A DNA stretch of 62,920 bases, the filler included, from Octopus bimaculoides (Eukaryota): NCBI RefSeq assembly GCF_001194135.2. It is 8 parts of 7 records of this genome, joined end to end, with 100 filler letters (N's around TTAATTAATTAA, not from the genome) between each part and the next. Parts side by side here need not be neighbours in the genome. Positions count along the whole stretch, not along the records: positions 61,843 to 62,920 come from NC_068983.1; 7 more parts are not named here. The stretch is one strand, 5' to 3'. The translations under genes were made by a program, and so were the position numbers. Below are positions 62,165 to 62,920 of the stretch, one piece after another. Position 1 is the stretch's first letter. Every line of letters starts with the position of its first letter. The notes below the pieces were generated by a model, which was not told the DNA's origin, searched no databases, and saw only the letters and a program-made list of their open reading frames with translations.

Positions 62165-62879
62165 TGATTCGATGGAGATTTAGCTGGTGACAACATTTAG
62201 ATTCGTCCAATAGCTCAAATGTATATTAACAGATCTAACAGGGACAGAGAAGTGTGCTTAGTAACAGGCGTCCAACCAACAGACATCCGAAATGTTGAGG
62301 GAGGAAAGGAGGGAGAGGGAGAGGGAGAGAGAGAGAGAGAGAGAGGTGGAGGTATTGAGTCATCTGAAATATCCTCCCACAAATGATGGAAAAGAGAGCA
62401 AGGCGAAGAGAAAGACTGAAAAAGTAAACTTCTACAAATGAAGGTGAAATAAAAATCGATAAAAGTTTTAGTGTATCCGGCTGGCTGTCAATGACATCAT
62501 AGGCTGTGTGATATCATCATTTATCAACAACCGCCTGCCTCTACATCTGCCCACGCGCGTACATGTATATATATATATATACCATTCCACAAATACACAC
62601 AGGTAAGATGCACATACGTATTGTATATGCCTACACACTGGTAACAATGCATAATTTCAGCTTGTTTCTATAGAGTGAAGTTCCGCGTTTGTTACGAAAC
62701 AGAATGGCAACATAGTAATGAGATAATTAAAGAGAAAAGGTTGAATAACGCGTAAGATGGGGGAAGAGTAGAGAGGAGAGAGAGAAACAGAAAATATAGA
62801 AAAAGACACGTTTAATGTTTATTAAAGAACCAGGATTCTTCACAGACTTCCTATCATTTACTCAGCTTCATCATCGCCA

Positions 62880-62914
<35 letters not shown>

Positions 62915-62920
62915 TTCTCT

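Noticed and set aside
242-62920. Most ORFs in the supplied track (HT, CV, YI, ER, poly-X)
   Set aside because: They are translations of microsatellites or read through N gaps and are not coding evidence.
1-62920. CRISPR arrays, operons, rRNA genes
   Set aside because: No repeat-spacer periodicity, prokaryotic gene organisation or rRNA-like sequence; the window is eukaryotic repeat-rich DNA.

Overview
Eukaryotic, AT-rich, gap-ridden draft scaffold, about 63 kb, dominated by simple repeats and transposon relics. The SINE families and microsatellite load look like a coleoid cephalopod (Octopus-like) genome; this is inference from recalled repeat families, not a database result. No intact protein-coding gene is visible. 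Recognisable content: a near full-length decayed Helitron (42.8-48.2 kb, minus) plus two more Helitron-type pieces; several internally deleted Tc1/mariner-superfamily relics (mariner DD34D, maT/DD37D-like, rosa/DD41D-like, Tc1), two of them chimeric; LINE fragments (Tx1-like, R4/Dong-like RLE, CR1/L2-like 3' end); a Penelope-like RT-thumb remnant; three tRNA-derived SINE families; hAT-like and long-TIR MITEs; and a few candidate minus-strand host exons, the best encoding a signal-peptide-like N-terminus at 58.9 kb. The most interesting signal is a set of at least five minimal (short stem III, palindromic) type I hammerhead-ribozyme-like motifs in short, microsatellite-associated Penelope-type elements. 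One has a compensatory G3-C8 core swap and sits in a perfect fold-back whose second arm has lost exactly the ribozyme. A sharply CpG-depleted domain (about 36.3-42.8 kb) suggests local germline methylation. The TTAATTAATTAA spacers inside N runs and most listed ORFs are assembly or microsatellite artefacts.
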